From a virus (Duplodnaviria; Caudoviricetes): a stretch of DNA of 56,026 bases. The notes beneath the pieces are model-generated. The model searched no databases. It was not told the origin of the DNA and saw only the letters and a program-made list of their open reading frames with translations. The stretch is taken from positions 1 to 56,026 of IMG/VR virus record IMGVR_UViG_3300025128_000046, one strand, 5' to 3'. Below are positions 35,255-43,474 of the stretch, piece by piece (position 1 is the first letter of the stretch; each line of letters opens with the position of its first letter). Position numbers and translations under genes: made by a program.

Positions 35255-35821
35255 ATGGAACTTACTGCTGAGATAGCTAGAGAATTATTAACTTACAATC
35301 CTGATACTGGTAAACTTTACTGGAAAGAAAGACCAGCAAAATATTTTAAAAATCCTAAATGGCATATGAAGTCTTGGAATAATAAATTTGCTGGTAAAGA
35401 AGCACTTACAGCCATTACTCGTAGAAAGTCTGGACAGATAGCTAGATTAGATGGTTTTGTGTTAAGAAAAAGGTATTCTACACATCGTATAGTATGGTTA
35501 ATATATTATGGTGAGTGGCCTAAAAATCAAATAGACCATATCAATCAAGACCCTACAGATAATAGAATTAAAAATCTTAGGGATGTGACTTGTAGTGAAA
35601 ATAATAAAAATAGAACATTACAAAATAATAGTACAACTGGTTATGCAGGTGTGAGTTTTTATAAACGACATAAAAAATATCGTGCAGAAATATATATTAA
35701 TAAAATTAAAAAACATTTAGGATATTATGACACTGTTGAAGAAGCAGCATCAGCTAGAGCAGTAGCAAATATTAATTACAACTTTCATCCTAATCATGGC
35801 AATCATAAAGTAACTGAATGA
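35255..35821 (+). CDS. Free-standing HNH homing endonuclease with AP2-like domain
   Basis: HRIVW...IDHINQDPTDNRIKNL; GYAGVS...HLGYY...A. Confidence 0.9.
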   Translation: MELTAEIARELLTYNPDTGKLYWKERPAKYFKNPKWHMKSWNNKFAGKEALTAITRRKSGQIARLDGFVLRKRYSTHRIVWLIYYGEWPKNQIDHINQDPTDNRIKNLRDVTCSENNKNRTLQNNSTTGYAGVSFYKRHKKYRAEIYINKIKKHLGYYDTVEEAASARAVANINYNFHPNHGNHKVTE

Positions 35822-35988
35822 GAACCAGTATGATTTATAAATGGTATTGCCATCTAAGGAGTAAAGGCTATGGAATTTTTACTAGCATAACTTGTGCTAT
35901 GTGGAACAGCCACTATACTTTTGACCACCAAGAAGACATCCCTCACAAATGGATTGATAACAGAGGAGAAAGACCCTATGACGGATAA
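35818..35988 (+). CDS. Small hypothetical protein (56 aa)
   Basis: Below ORF-track cutoff. ATGA overlap with the HNH stop; fills the gap to nrdB. Confidence 0.4.
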   Translation: MRTSMIYKWYCHLRSKGYGIFTSITCAMWNSHYTFDHQEDIPHKWIDNRGERPYDG

Positions 35989-36958
35989 GTTAAAGCTACA
36001 AGATAAACGTAATTACTTTAAACCTTTTCATTATCCTTGGGCCTATGACCTATGGTTAAAGCATGAGCAATCACACTGGTTACATACTGAAGTACCTATG
36101 ATTGAAGATATCAAGGATTGGAAGAACAACCTATCTACAGAGGAGAAATATTTTCTTACCAACATCTTCAGGTTCTTTACGCAGTCTGACATTGATGTAG
36201 CTGGTGGATATATAGATAACTACCTTCCTAACTTTCCACAGCCTGAAGTACGCATGATGCTGTCAGGCTTTGCGGCTAGGGAAGCACTACACATTGCAGC
36301 TTACTCGCACCTCATAGAATCTTTAGGTATGCCTGACACTACATACAATGAGTTCTTGGAATACGATGCCATGCGTGAGAAGCATGAATACTTCATGTCC
36401 AACGTAGATAACAAGAAGATATCTTTGCCAATAAAGATTGCTGCTATCTCTGCATTTACAGAAGGACTCGCTCTTTTCTCTAGCTTCATTATGCTTCTTA
36501 ACTTTCCTCGACATGGTAAGATGAAGGGCATGGGGCAGATTGTTACATGGTCTATAGTAGATGAAACACAACACGCAGAAGGTATGATTAAGTTATTTAG
36601 AACCTATATCGAAGAGAACATGAAAGAATGGAATGATGAAACTAAGTCAGCTATCTATAGCATAGCAGAAACTATGGTTGACCTAGAAGATAAGTTTGTT
36701 GACCTGTCATTCCGAATGGGTAAGGTTGAAGGACTACGTGATACTGAAGTGAAAGAATACATAAGATATATCGCAGACCGTAGGCTTATCTCTATGGGAA
36801 TGAAGGGAATCTTCAAAGTTAAACGTAATCCCTTACCTTGGGTAGAGACTATGATTAATGCACCTACACATACTAACTTCTTTGAAAACCATTCCACTGA
36901 CTATGCCAAGGGTGCATTGACAGGTAGCTGGTCAGAAGTATGGGCAGAAAGTGCTTGA
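35978..36958 (+). CDS. nrdB: Ribonucleotide reductase class Ia beta subunit
   Basis: FFTQSD, EALHIAAY, EG..LFSSF, DETQH, NFFE..DY; start ATG 35978 after GAGGAG. Confidence 0.95.
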   Translation: MTDKLKLQDKRNYFKPFHYPWAYDLWLKHEQSHWLHTEVPMIEDIKDWKNNLSTEEKYFLTNIFRFFTQSDIDVAGGYIDNYLPNFPQPEVRMMLSGFAAREALHIAAYSHLIESLGMPDTTYNEFLEYDAMREKHEYFMSNVDNKKISLPIKIAAISAFTEGLALFSSFIMLLNFPRHGKMKGMGQIVTWSIVDETQHAEGMIKLFRTYIEENMKEWNDETKSAIYSIAETMVDLEDKFVDLSFRMGKVEGLRDTEVKEYIRYIADRRLISMGMKGIFKVKRNPLPWVETMINAPTHTNFFENHSTDYAKGALTGSWSEVWAESA

Positions 36959-36983
36959 CAAAAAATTAAATATATAGTAGAAT
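36955..36983 (+). promoter_or_regulatory. Sigma70-type promoter for glycosylation/holin/terS operon
   Basis: TTGACA-N17-TAGAAT. Confidence 0.8.
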
Positions 36984-36989
36984 AGAAAA

Positions 36990-37190
36990 ATGACAAACCT
37001 TTATTTAAATAGTAGCCTAGATACGTTTGAAAGTAAGTTAAATCATATGAACTTTCTTTTACGTGAAATAAAAATACTACGTGAAAGAATTGAAGAATAT
37101 GATACAGGATACATTGTAACAACAATTAATACTTTAGAACAAAGAGTGCATGAAATACAAAACGAAATGATATCAGAGAGAGATAAATGA
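36990..37190 (+). CDS. Small coiled-coil hypothetical protein
   Basis: 66 aa; DTG.I.T.I..LE.R motif; ATG sits at about the predicted +1 (possibly leaderless). Confidence 0.6.
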   Translation: MTNLYLNSSLDTFESKLNHMNFLLREIKILRERIEEYDTGYIVTTINTLEQRVHEIQNEMISERDK

Positions 37191-37963
37191 GAAAGTCGCC
37201 AAATACAGTATACATAGGCTACGACCCAAAGGAAGACGTAGCTTACGAAGTTTTAAAGTTTACGATTGAGAGAATAGCCGTAGATAATGTACGTATTGTC
37301 CCTATCAAACGTGATGTTGTAGAGCGTATGGGTATGTATACACGGACATATGATACAGTTGATGGTCAGAACATTGACACTATTGATGGCAAGCCTTTCT
37401 CCAGTGAGTTTAGTTTCACGAGGTTCTTAGTACCAGCTATGAATATGTATGAAGGCTGGGCATTATACATGGACTGTGATATGTATCTACGTACTGATAT
37501 CAATGAACTGTTTGAAGAGTACAATACAGATTACTATCCATTATATTGCGTCAAGCATGACTATGCTCCAGGTGACGGTTATAAAATGGATGGACGTAAG
37601 CAAGAAAACTACCGTCGAAAGAACTGGTCTAGCCTTATGTTGTTCAACTGTAGCCATGAGCTTAATAAGAAGCTTACTCCTGAAGTTATTAATACAATGC
37701 CAGGTGGTTGGCTACATGGCTTTGAATGGTTGCCTGATAAAGACGGTGATATTGGAACTATACATCAAGAATGGAACTGGTTGGACAATCATTCACCAGA
37801 AGATATTAAAGCCAAGAACGTACACTTTACTACAGGTGGTCCTTGGTTTAAAGATTGGAAATGTGGCAGGGATATTGATGGTATGTATGCTTCAGAGTGG
37901 AATGGAGATTATACTTACCTTGCTGGTCATGGTAAGATAGAGCCTTTAGAATGGGAAAAATGA
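37187..37963 (+). CDS. Glycosyltransferase (GT-A fold, GT8-like)
   Basis: IGYDP.E, FSFTRFLVP, DCD (DxD), RKNWSS, WNWL, HFT.GGPWF. Confidence 0.85.
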   Translation: MRKSPNTVYIGYDPKEDVAYEVLKFTIERIAVDNVRIVPIKRDVVERMGMYTRTYDTVDGQNIDTIDGKPFSSEFSFTRFLVPAMNMYEGWALYMDCDMYLRTDINELFEEYNTDYYPLYCVKHDYAPGDGYKMDGRKQENYRRKNWSSLMLFNCSHELNKKLTPEVINTMPGGWLHGFEWLPDKDGDIGTIHQEWNWLDNHSPEDIKAKNVHFTTGGPWFKDWKCGRDIDGMYASEWNGDYTYLAGHGKIEPLEWEK

Positions 37964-40383
37964 GATATAAATTTGTAACATGTTTTAATGAGGAGTATCT
38001 ACAGAAGATGACTTCTCAGCTACTCAATCTTATGAGTAGTTCTTGGCAATCTTCTATTGATATTCATTGCTATTACTATGATATTGATATAAAAAATTAT
38101 TCTTTACCCAAAGCTAAGAACATTCATTATCATAATCTTGAAGAGATAGAAGACTTCAAAGCTTGCAGAGAGATTTGCAAGAAGCACGATGGTACAGAAG
38201 GTGGAGCAGTACAATACAATACTGCAATAGATGCCTATAACTTTGTACCAAAGGTCATAGCTCTGACAGAGACTGCATTTAATAATGGTAACTCTTGGTT
38301 GTTCTGGATAGATGCAGACACGATGTCCAAGAAGCTTATTAAAATAGCAGACCTTGATAAACTTCTACCAGAAAAACAAGAGAAGTGTGATATAGTAACC
38401 TTGACTAATGAAGAAGGTGGCTATGAATTTTTCTTACAGGGTTTTAATCTGTCACGCCAAACACCAGTAGATATGCTTGGTGATTTAAGAGGTGCTTATT
38501 TATCTAAAGAGTTTTTAAACTATCGTGAATGGCATGATGGTTTTCTCATGAATAGGTTGATGACTATCTACATGGCTCATGGTATGAGAGTGCATGAGGT
38601 CAGCTATGAAAACTCTATAGCAGGTGATATGTTTATTCATCTGCAGGGTAGTACTAATGTAGCTCTGCGTGACATGGATGGCAATCGTATGTTTGAATTA
38701 TCTGATGAAGAGGTATCACCTGATATACTTCCCAACAGATACAAGCAGCTTGCTGATGTCATACGGCTCTATAAACCAAAGACTATTCTTGAGACAGGCA
38801 CATGGAATGGAGGACGAGCTATTGAAATGTCTTTGGCTGCATTGGAGAACAGCGACTCAGTACATTACATAGGCTATGACCTGTTTGAAGATGCGACTAT
38901 GGAGACAGATGAAGAAGAGTTCAATGTTAAACCACACAATACATTAGCAGCCGTTGAGAAAAGGTTTGAAGAATTTGCTAATGTAATAAAAGAAAGAGAT
39001 GGTAAAACATTTACTTGGGAGTTATTTAAGGGTAATGTTCGTGATACATTGGATAGTGATTATGTAGGATTTAAATACAGAAGTGGAATAGATTATCCTT
39101 ATCTTGATATAAATGATAGAGTTGATTTTGCTATGATTGGTAGTGGTAATAGTATTAAAACTGTTGAACATGAATACAGTATGTTGAAAGACATACCAGT
39201 AGTAGTCATGGACCATTACTTCACAGAAGATGATGAAAGAATACCACCAGAACAATATCACGGAGTTAAACATGTATTTGATAAGATACCCACGAAGAAG
39301 GTCAATGCTGAAGAAACTACGAAGGATGGGTGGACTGTATTTGATGAGTCCGTTATCACTCGTAAGCATGTCTTGCCTTCTGGTGATACTGTTATTGGTG
39401 GTGGCCACACTCACCTGTGTTTGATTCTTAATAAAGAAGACCTTGTTGACTGTCCTGATGAACTAAAGAGAGTTCCTATTGTTGTACATCCAAGAGATTG
39501 TGTACCTCAAGACTTTATACAAGATAATATTAAAGCCAACATGGAACTTATTGATAAAGATAAGTGGATACATAAGCATCCTATTCATAAGGAATCAGCA
39601 ATACTTGTTTCTGCTGGTCCTTATCTTAATATCAAACAATTAAAACAGACCATTAAAGATTTAGGTAATCCAAAGGTAGTCTGTGTTAAACATTCTTATC
39701 CTACTCTTATTAAGAATGGTATCAAGCCTTGGTGTTGCGTTATCCTAGACCCTCGACCAATTACAGGTACGAGTACACATGGTATTATACGTAAAGATTT
39801 ATTTAAGAAGATAGATAAGAGTACCAAGTTTATGTTGGCATCCATGACAGACCCTTCTGTTACAGAGTTCTTGATTGAAAAAGACTGTGAGATATGGGGA
39901 TGGCATGCTTTTACTGATGGCCTTAGACAAGAAGATGAACAAGGCAAGTCAATAAAGAACCAACAGGTCAAGATAATGGAAGAGCTAAACATACCCAAGG
40001 GTGCTACTCTCATTACTGGTGGTACATGTGCTGCCATGAGAAGCATTGGTATGCTACATACAATGGGCTTCAGGGATGTACATCTCTTTGGTTTTGATTG
40101 CTGTATGGAAGAACCTACCAAAGAACAGAAGACAGAAACTACAGGAGATTTAGAAGGTGGTGAAACACCTAGACCCAAGTACTTCCAAGTAACAGTAGGT
40201 GACAACACATACTGGACTACAGGAGAGTTACTGGCTATGGCTCAAGACTGTGAGAAGATATTCTCTGATGAAGGTCTTGAAGGTGTCTTGACATATCATG
40301 GAGAAGATACTATGGTAGCTGACCTGTGGGAAATAAAAGAATCTCAAGAGAAACGTCCACAATTTAAGGGTTATTATGATTGA
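37951..40383 (+). CDS. Three-domain fusion: GT-A glycosyltransferase-like + SAM methyltransferase + MAF/DUF115-like domain
   Basis: FWIDAD (DxD) and EWHDG in the N-terminal part; ILETGTWNG..GYDLF in the middle; AILVSAGP, ILDPR, GGTCAA, GFRDVHLFGFD at the C-terminus. Confidence 0.75.
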   Translation: MGKMRYKFVTCFNEEYLQKMTSQLLNLMSSSWQSSIDIHCYYYDIDIKNYSLPKAKNIHYHNLEEIEDFKACREICKKHDGTEGGAVQYNTAIDAYNFVPKVIALTETAFNNGNSWLFWIDADTMSKKLIKIADLDKLLPEKQEKCDIVTLTNEEGGYEFFLQGFNLSRQTPVDMLGDLRGAYLSKEFLNYREWHDGFLMNRLMTIYMAHGMRVHEVSYENSIAGDMFIHLQGSTNVALRDMDGNRMFELSDEEVSPDILPNRYKQLADVIRLYKPKTILETGTWNGGRAIEMSLAALENSDSVHYIGYDLFEDATMETDEEEFNVKPHNTLAAVEKRFEEFANVIKERDGKTFTWELFKGNVRDTLDSDYVGFKYRSGIDYPYLDINDRVDFAMIGSGNSIKTVEHEYSMLKDIPVVVMDHYFTEDDERIPPEQYHGVKHVFDKIPTKKVNAEETTKDGWTVFDESVITRKHVLPSGDTVIGGGHTHLCLILNKEDLVDCPDELKRVPIVVHPRDCVPQDFIQDNIKANMELIDKDKWIHKHPIHKESAILVSAGPYLNIKQLKQTIKDLGNPKVVCVKHSYPTLIKNGIKPWCCVILDPRPITGTSTHGIIRKDLFKKIDKSTKFMLASMTDPSVTEFLIEKDCEIWGWHAFTDGLRQEDEQGKSIKNQQVKIMEELNIPKGATLITGGTCAAMRSIGMLHTMGFRDVHLFGFDCCMEEPTKEQKTETTGDLEGGETPRPKYFQVTVGDNTYWTTGELLAMAQDCEKIFSDEGLEGVLTYHGEDTMVADLWEIKESQEKRPQFKGYYD

Positions 40384-41095
40384 ATCAAATAAATTTTTTA
40401 GTAGGTATTCTCCTTCACCTAGATATACTAAGCTTCTTGAAGAGTATAAGGAGATGCACAAGAGTTCAAAGGGTATGTTCAATGGGCGTAGTCTTGTAAA
40501 GTATATTGATATAATTAAGAATTACCTAGAGAAGAATGAATGTAAAACACTTATTGATTATGGGTGTGGTAAAGGACTCCTCTATACAGATGATTATGAA
40601 CTGGTAACTGAGAAGAAACCTTTATATAAAAATCTTGATAAACCTTTACATGAGTATTGGAATTTAACAAAACATCGTTTATATGACCCTGCACATGAAG
40701 AGCATAGCGAACTTCCTATGGGTCTATATGATGCAGCTATATGTACTGATGTATTAGAACACGTACCTACTGATGACCTTCATTGGGTTATCAGAGAGAT
40801 ATGTAGCTTTGCACAGAAGATGGTCTTTCTTAACATAGCTTGTATGCCAGCCTTAAAGAAGCTCAAGGATGGTAGTAATGTACATATATCATTACATAGC
40901 CCTGAAGATTGGCTACAGTTTATTGCTGAGATTATAGATAAGAGTAACAAAGATATAATAGTTTACGTTTTCTTTGATGTCTTTGATGATAAAGAAAAAT
41001 TAGTTACACAAGGATTTAAAATACATAGACGAATTAATATTGTACCCCTGACTCAGGAAGATGAGAAGGGTACAGCTTTAATGGGAGAAGAATAA
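40376..41095 (+). CDS. Class I SAM-dependent methyltransferase
   Basis: LIDYGCGKG, YDP, CTDVLEHVP. Confidence 0.85.
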   Translation: MIESNKFFSRYSPSPRYTKLLEEYKEMHKSSKGMFNGRSLVKYIDIIKNYLEKNECKTLIDYGCGKGLLYTDDYELVTEKKPLYKNLDKPLHEYWNLTKHRLYDPAHEEHSELPMGLYDAAICTDVLEHVPTDDLHWVIREICSFAQKMVFLNIACMPALKKLKDGSNVHISLHSPEDWLQFIAEIIDKSNKDIIVYVFFDVFDDKEKLVTQGFKIHRRINIVPLTQEDEKGTALMGEE

Positions 41096-41505
41096 TGGTA
41101 CTAGGAATAGCAGATTCAATAGTAGGAGTAGCAGGTAAGGTACTTGATAAGTTTGTAGCAGACAAAGACCTGAAAGCTAAGTTAGACTTTGAGCTACGTA
41201 AGGCATATGCTGATGCCAACCTTGCTCAGATAGATGTCAATAAAGAACAAGCAAAACATCCCAGCCTTTTTGTTGCGGGAGCTAGGCCCAGCATCATGTG
41301 GATATGTGCCTTTGGTTTAGGGTGGCAGTTTGTATTTCTACCTATAGCTGCATGGTATATAGCCGTGACAGGACAGGCAATACCACTACCAGATATTGAG
41401 ACTGAAGGCTTGATGTCCCTGACACTTGCATTATTAGGACTTGGTGGTATGCGTACCTTTGAGAAAAGAAACGGTACACATAGAAATAATTTGAAGCATA
41501 GATAA
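41095..41505 (+). CDS. Holin, 3TM (GTA-holin-like)
   Basis: LDKFV.DKD, FVAGARP.I.W.C, LLGLGGMRTFEK. Confidence 0.8.
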   Translation: MVLGIADSIVGVAGKVLDKFVADKDLKAKLDFELRKAYADANLAQIDVNKEQAKHPSLFVAGARPSIMWICAFGLGWQFVFLPIAAWYIAVTGQAIPLPDIETEGLMSLTLALLGLGGMRTFEKRNGTHRNNLKHR

Positions 41506-41514
41506 CTGTTAAAA

Positions 41515-41868
41515 ATGAAAGCAGGTAAAATCTGGGGTGAAACAAATTCTATATTTAAAAATGGTGTGTTTGAATTTCATCATATAAAATTTACTAAAGG
41601 TAGTAAATGTAGTAAACATAAACACAAATATAAGTGGAATGGTTTTTATGTTACTAAAGGACAATTAATTATTAGAGTTTGGAAAAATAATTATAATCTT
41701 ATAGATGAAACACTTCTTAAAGAAGGTGAATGGACTACAGTAGGACCAAGAGAGTATCACCAGTTTGAGGCTGTATCAAATGGAGAAGCTCTTGAACTCT
41801 ATTGGGCTGAATTTGACCATGATGATATAGAACGTGAAACAGTAGGAGAGGCTAATGGGACTCAATGA
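41515..41868 (+). CDS. Cupin-domain protein (sugar isomerase/epimerase-like)
   Basis: K.WG, CS.H.H..K.N.FYV..G, YHQF. Confidence 0.8.
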   Translation: MKAGKIWGETNSIFKNGVFEFHHIKFTKGSKCSKHKHKYKWNGFYVTKGQLIIRVWKNNYNLIDETLLKEGEWTTVGPREYHQFEAVSNGEALELYWAEFDHDDIERETVGEANGTQ

Positions 41869-42307
41869 GAAACAGGAGAAGTTTGCACAGTCCTATATCT
41901 TACATAGGAATGCAACTGAAGCTGCCAAGTCTGCAGGGTATGCAGCAGCATCAGCAGCCAATCAAGGCTATAGACTTATTAACAATGATGAAGTAGCTGA
42001 ACGTGTCAGAGAACTAGAGAATGAACTTGAAACTAATGTAGATGTTATTGAAGAAATAGAAAGTCAATATACATTTGCCAGAGCCAATGGTCATACCAAT
42101 AGTGCATTGAAAGCTCTTGAATTATTATCTAGGGTACGAGGTAACAACTCAGAGCTAGATACAAACCTAGATGAGAAGTCTTTAGAGGATGGAATAGTAC
42201 AGTGTCTTAATATTTTAGGTGAGGATAAAGTCTATTCACTACTGGAAAAGTGTGATTTTGTAGAGGATATAGAAGAAGAGGGAGAAGATAGTACTGAAAT
42301 AGAGTAA
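41855..42307 (+). CDS. terS: Terminase small subunit
   Basis: LNEKQEKFAQSY...NATEAAKSAGY HTH motif; ALKALELL. Confidence 0.8.
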   Translation: MGLNEKQEKFAQSYILHRNATEAAKSAGYAAASAANQGYRLINNDEVAERVRELENELETNVDVIEEIESQYTFARANGHTNSALKALELLSRVRGNNSELDTNLDEKSLEDGIVQCLNILGEDKVYSLLEKCDFVEDIEEEGEDSTEIE

Positions 42308-42328
42308 ATCCACAGTAGCTAGGGTAGG

Positions 42329-42421
42329 AGGCCCGTACAGCAACATTGGTAGTCTTCGGGTGGGGTAGGTGCAGCGACCCCTTAGAAGGCTACTCAGTGA
42401 GGCTCTACGGGCCTGTTTTTT
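42329..42421 (+). terminator. Long imperfect GC-rich hairpin between convergent operons
   Basis: AGGCCCGTA/TACGGGCCT outer stem; inner CATTG/CAGTG, GTAGTCTTC/GAAGGCTAC and GGGGT/ACCCC; followed by a T run. Confidence 0.55.
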
Positions 42422-42436
42422 CAGCCTTCCTCAACT

Positions 42437-42763
42437 TTAGTACCCATATTGTCTAGAAGATTGACTCCCTTTCTTGTTTCTTAGCATTTTAAATATTCTG
42501 TTATGTTGTTTTATTATTGTCTTGGATTTGTTTTTATTCTTAGCCAAATCCTTTTTAATATCTTTCATATCTTGCATGACACGTTCCAAATCAAATTGCA
42601 TCTTGGCTTGGGTAACAACGACAGACTTTTGTGATTCCTGTTCATAGAACTTATATACTGTTTCTACTTTGCTATCCAACTTAGAGACATACCATATCAA
42701 TCCTATAGCTTGTAGAACCATAGCAAATATCAGCGCATAATTTAATTTAATATTATCCATCAT
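42437..42763 (-). CDS. Membrane-anchored coiled-coil protein (lysis module)
   Basis: N-terminal TM (ALIFAMVLQAIGLIWYVS), then coiled coil. Confidence 0.65.
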   Translation of the reverse strand: MMDNIKLNYALIFAMVLQAIGLIWYVSKLDSKVETVYKFYEQESQKSVVVTQAKMQFDLERVMQDMKDIKKDLAKNKNKSKTIIKQHNRIFKMLRNKKGSQSSRQYGY

Positions 42764-42840
42764 TCATCCTTTGCTAAATAATAACCAAACCAACAAACAA
42801 CCGCAAGTCCTACTGCACATAATAAAAATTCTACTAACAT
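42760..42840 (-). CDS. Tiny single-TM protein (26 aa)
   Basis: MLVEFLLCAVGLAVVCWFGYYLAKDE; overlaps both neighbours by stop/start coupling. Confidence 0.45.
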   Translation of the reverse strand: MLVEFLLCAVGLAVVCWFGYYLAKDE

Positions 42841-43226
42841 CACTTATAGCTCCATATTAAAGGTCTAGGATTTTCATCGCTGTCTTCTAGGTCATCAATG
42901 TGTATAAATCTTTTTATAACTGGTCCTCTTTGTGCTATACCTATACCTGTCATACCAGCATCAAAAGCTAAACGCACTAATCTAAATGCTTCCTTACCTG
43001 TAATAGATACATCCACAGCCCTACCTTTAATATGCGCTGAGTATCTAACCCCACCTATTACCATGTTATGTGCAGGGTGTCGATAACCTGAAGTAATAAT
43101 CATTGGTTGATTGAACTTTTTTCTTAACTGTATAAGTTTTGACATGAAAGCTTCATTCATATCACATACTCCAGTACCTTTACATTGCATCTCCTGCTCT
43201 GTAAAGAACTCCCAATTTCTAGACAT
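42840..43226 (-). CDS. Endolysin, peptidase M15A family
   Basis: ITSGYR...HN...SAHIKGRAVD...FIHID. Confidence 0.88.
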   Translation of the reverse strand: MSRNWEFFTEQEMQCKGTGVCDMNEAFMSKLIQLRKKFNQPMIITSGYRHPAHNMVIGGVRYSAHIKGRAVDVSITGKEAFRLVRLAFDAGMTGIGIAQRGPVIKRFIHIDDLEDSDENPRPLIWSYK

Positions 43227-43474
43227 TACTTTATTATTCTCTCCATTAAATTATCCAGCTTACTTTCTACGCGGTCAAAGCGGCTCATGATTTTATCAAG
43301 GTCTTTATCAACCTCATCTTTACGTGCGTACTCTCTCGCAATTTCCTCTCTGGTTCTGCTTACCAGTTTTCTATTCTCTTCTATCTTCACATTAATACCT
43401 CGCATCCACCATATAAACGAGCCACACGCAAGACTCAGTATAGCATTCCATATCATGTGGCTTGAACCATCCAT
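43226..43474 (-). CDS. Small membrane-anchored protein (lysis-associated)
   Basis: N-terminal TM; TREEIAREY; coiled coil. Confidence 0.7.
   Translation of the reverse strand: MDGSSHMIWNAILSLACGSFIWWMRGINVKIEENRKLVSRTREEIAREYARKDEVDKDLDKIMSRFDRVESKLDNLMERIIK

Noticed and set aside
35238-35977. Group I intron interrupting the RNR genes
   Set aside because: nrdA ends with its complete C-terminal CxxC and nrdB starts intact with its own RBS, so the HNH gene is free-standing.
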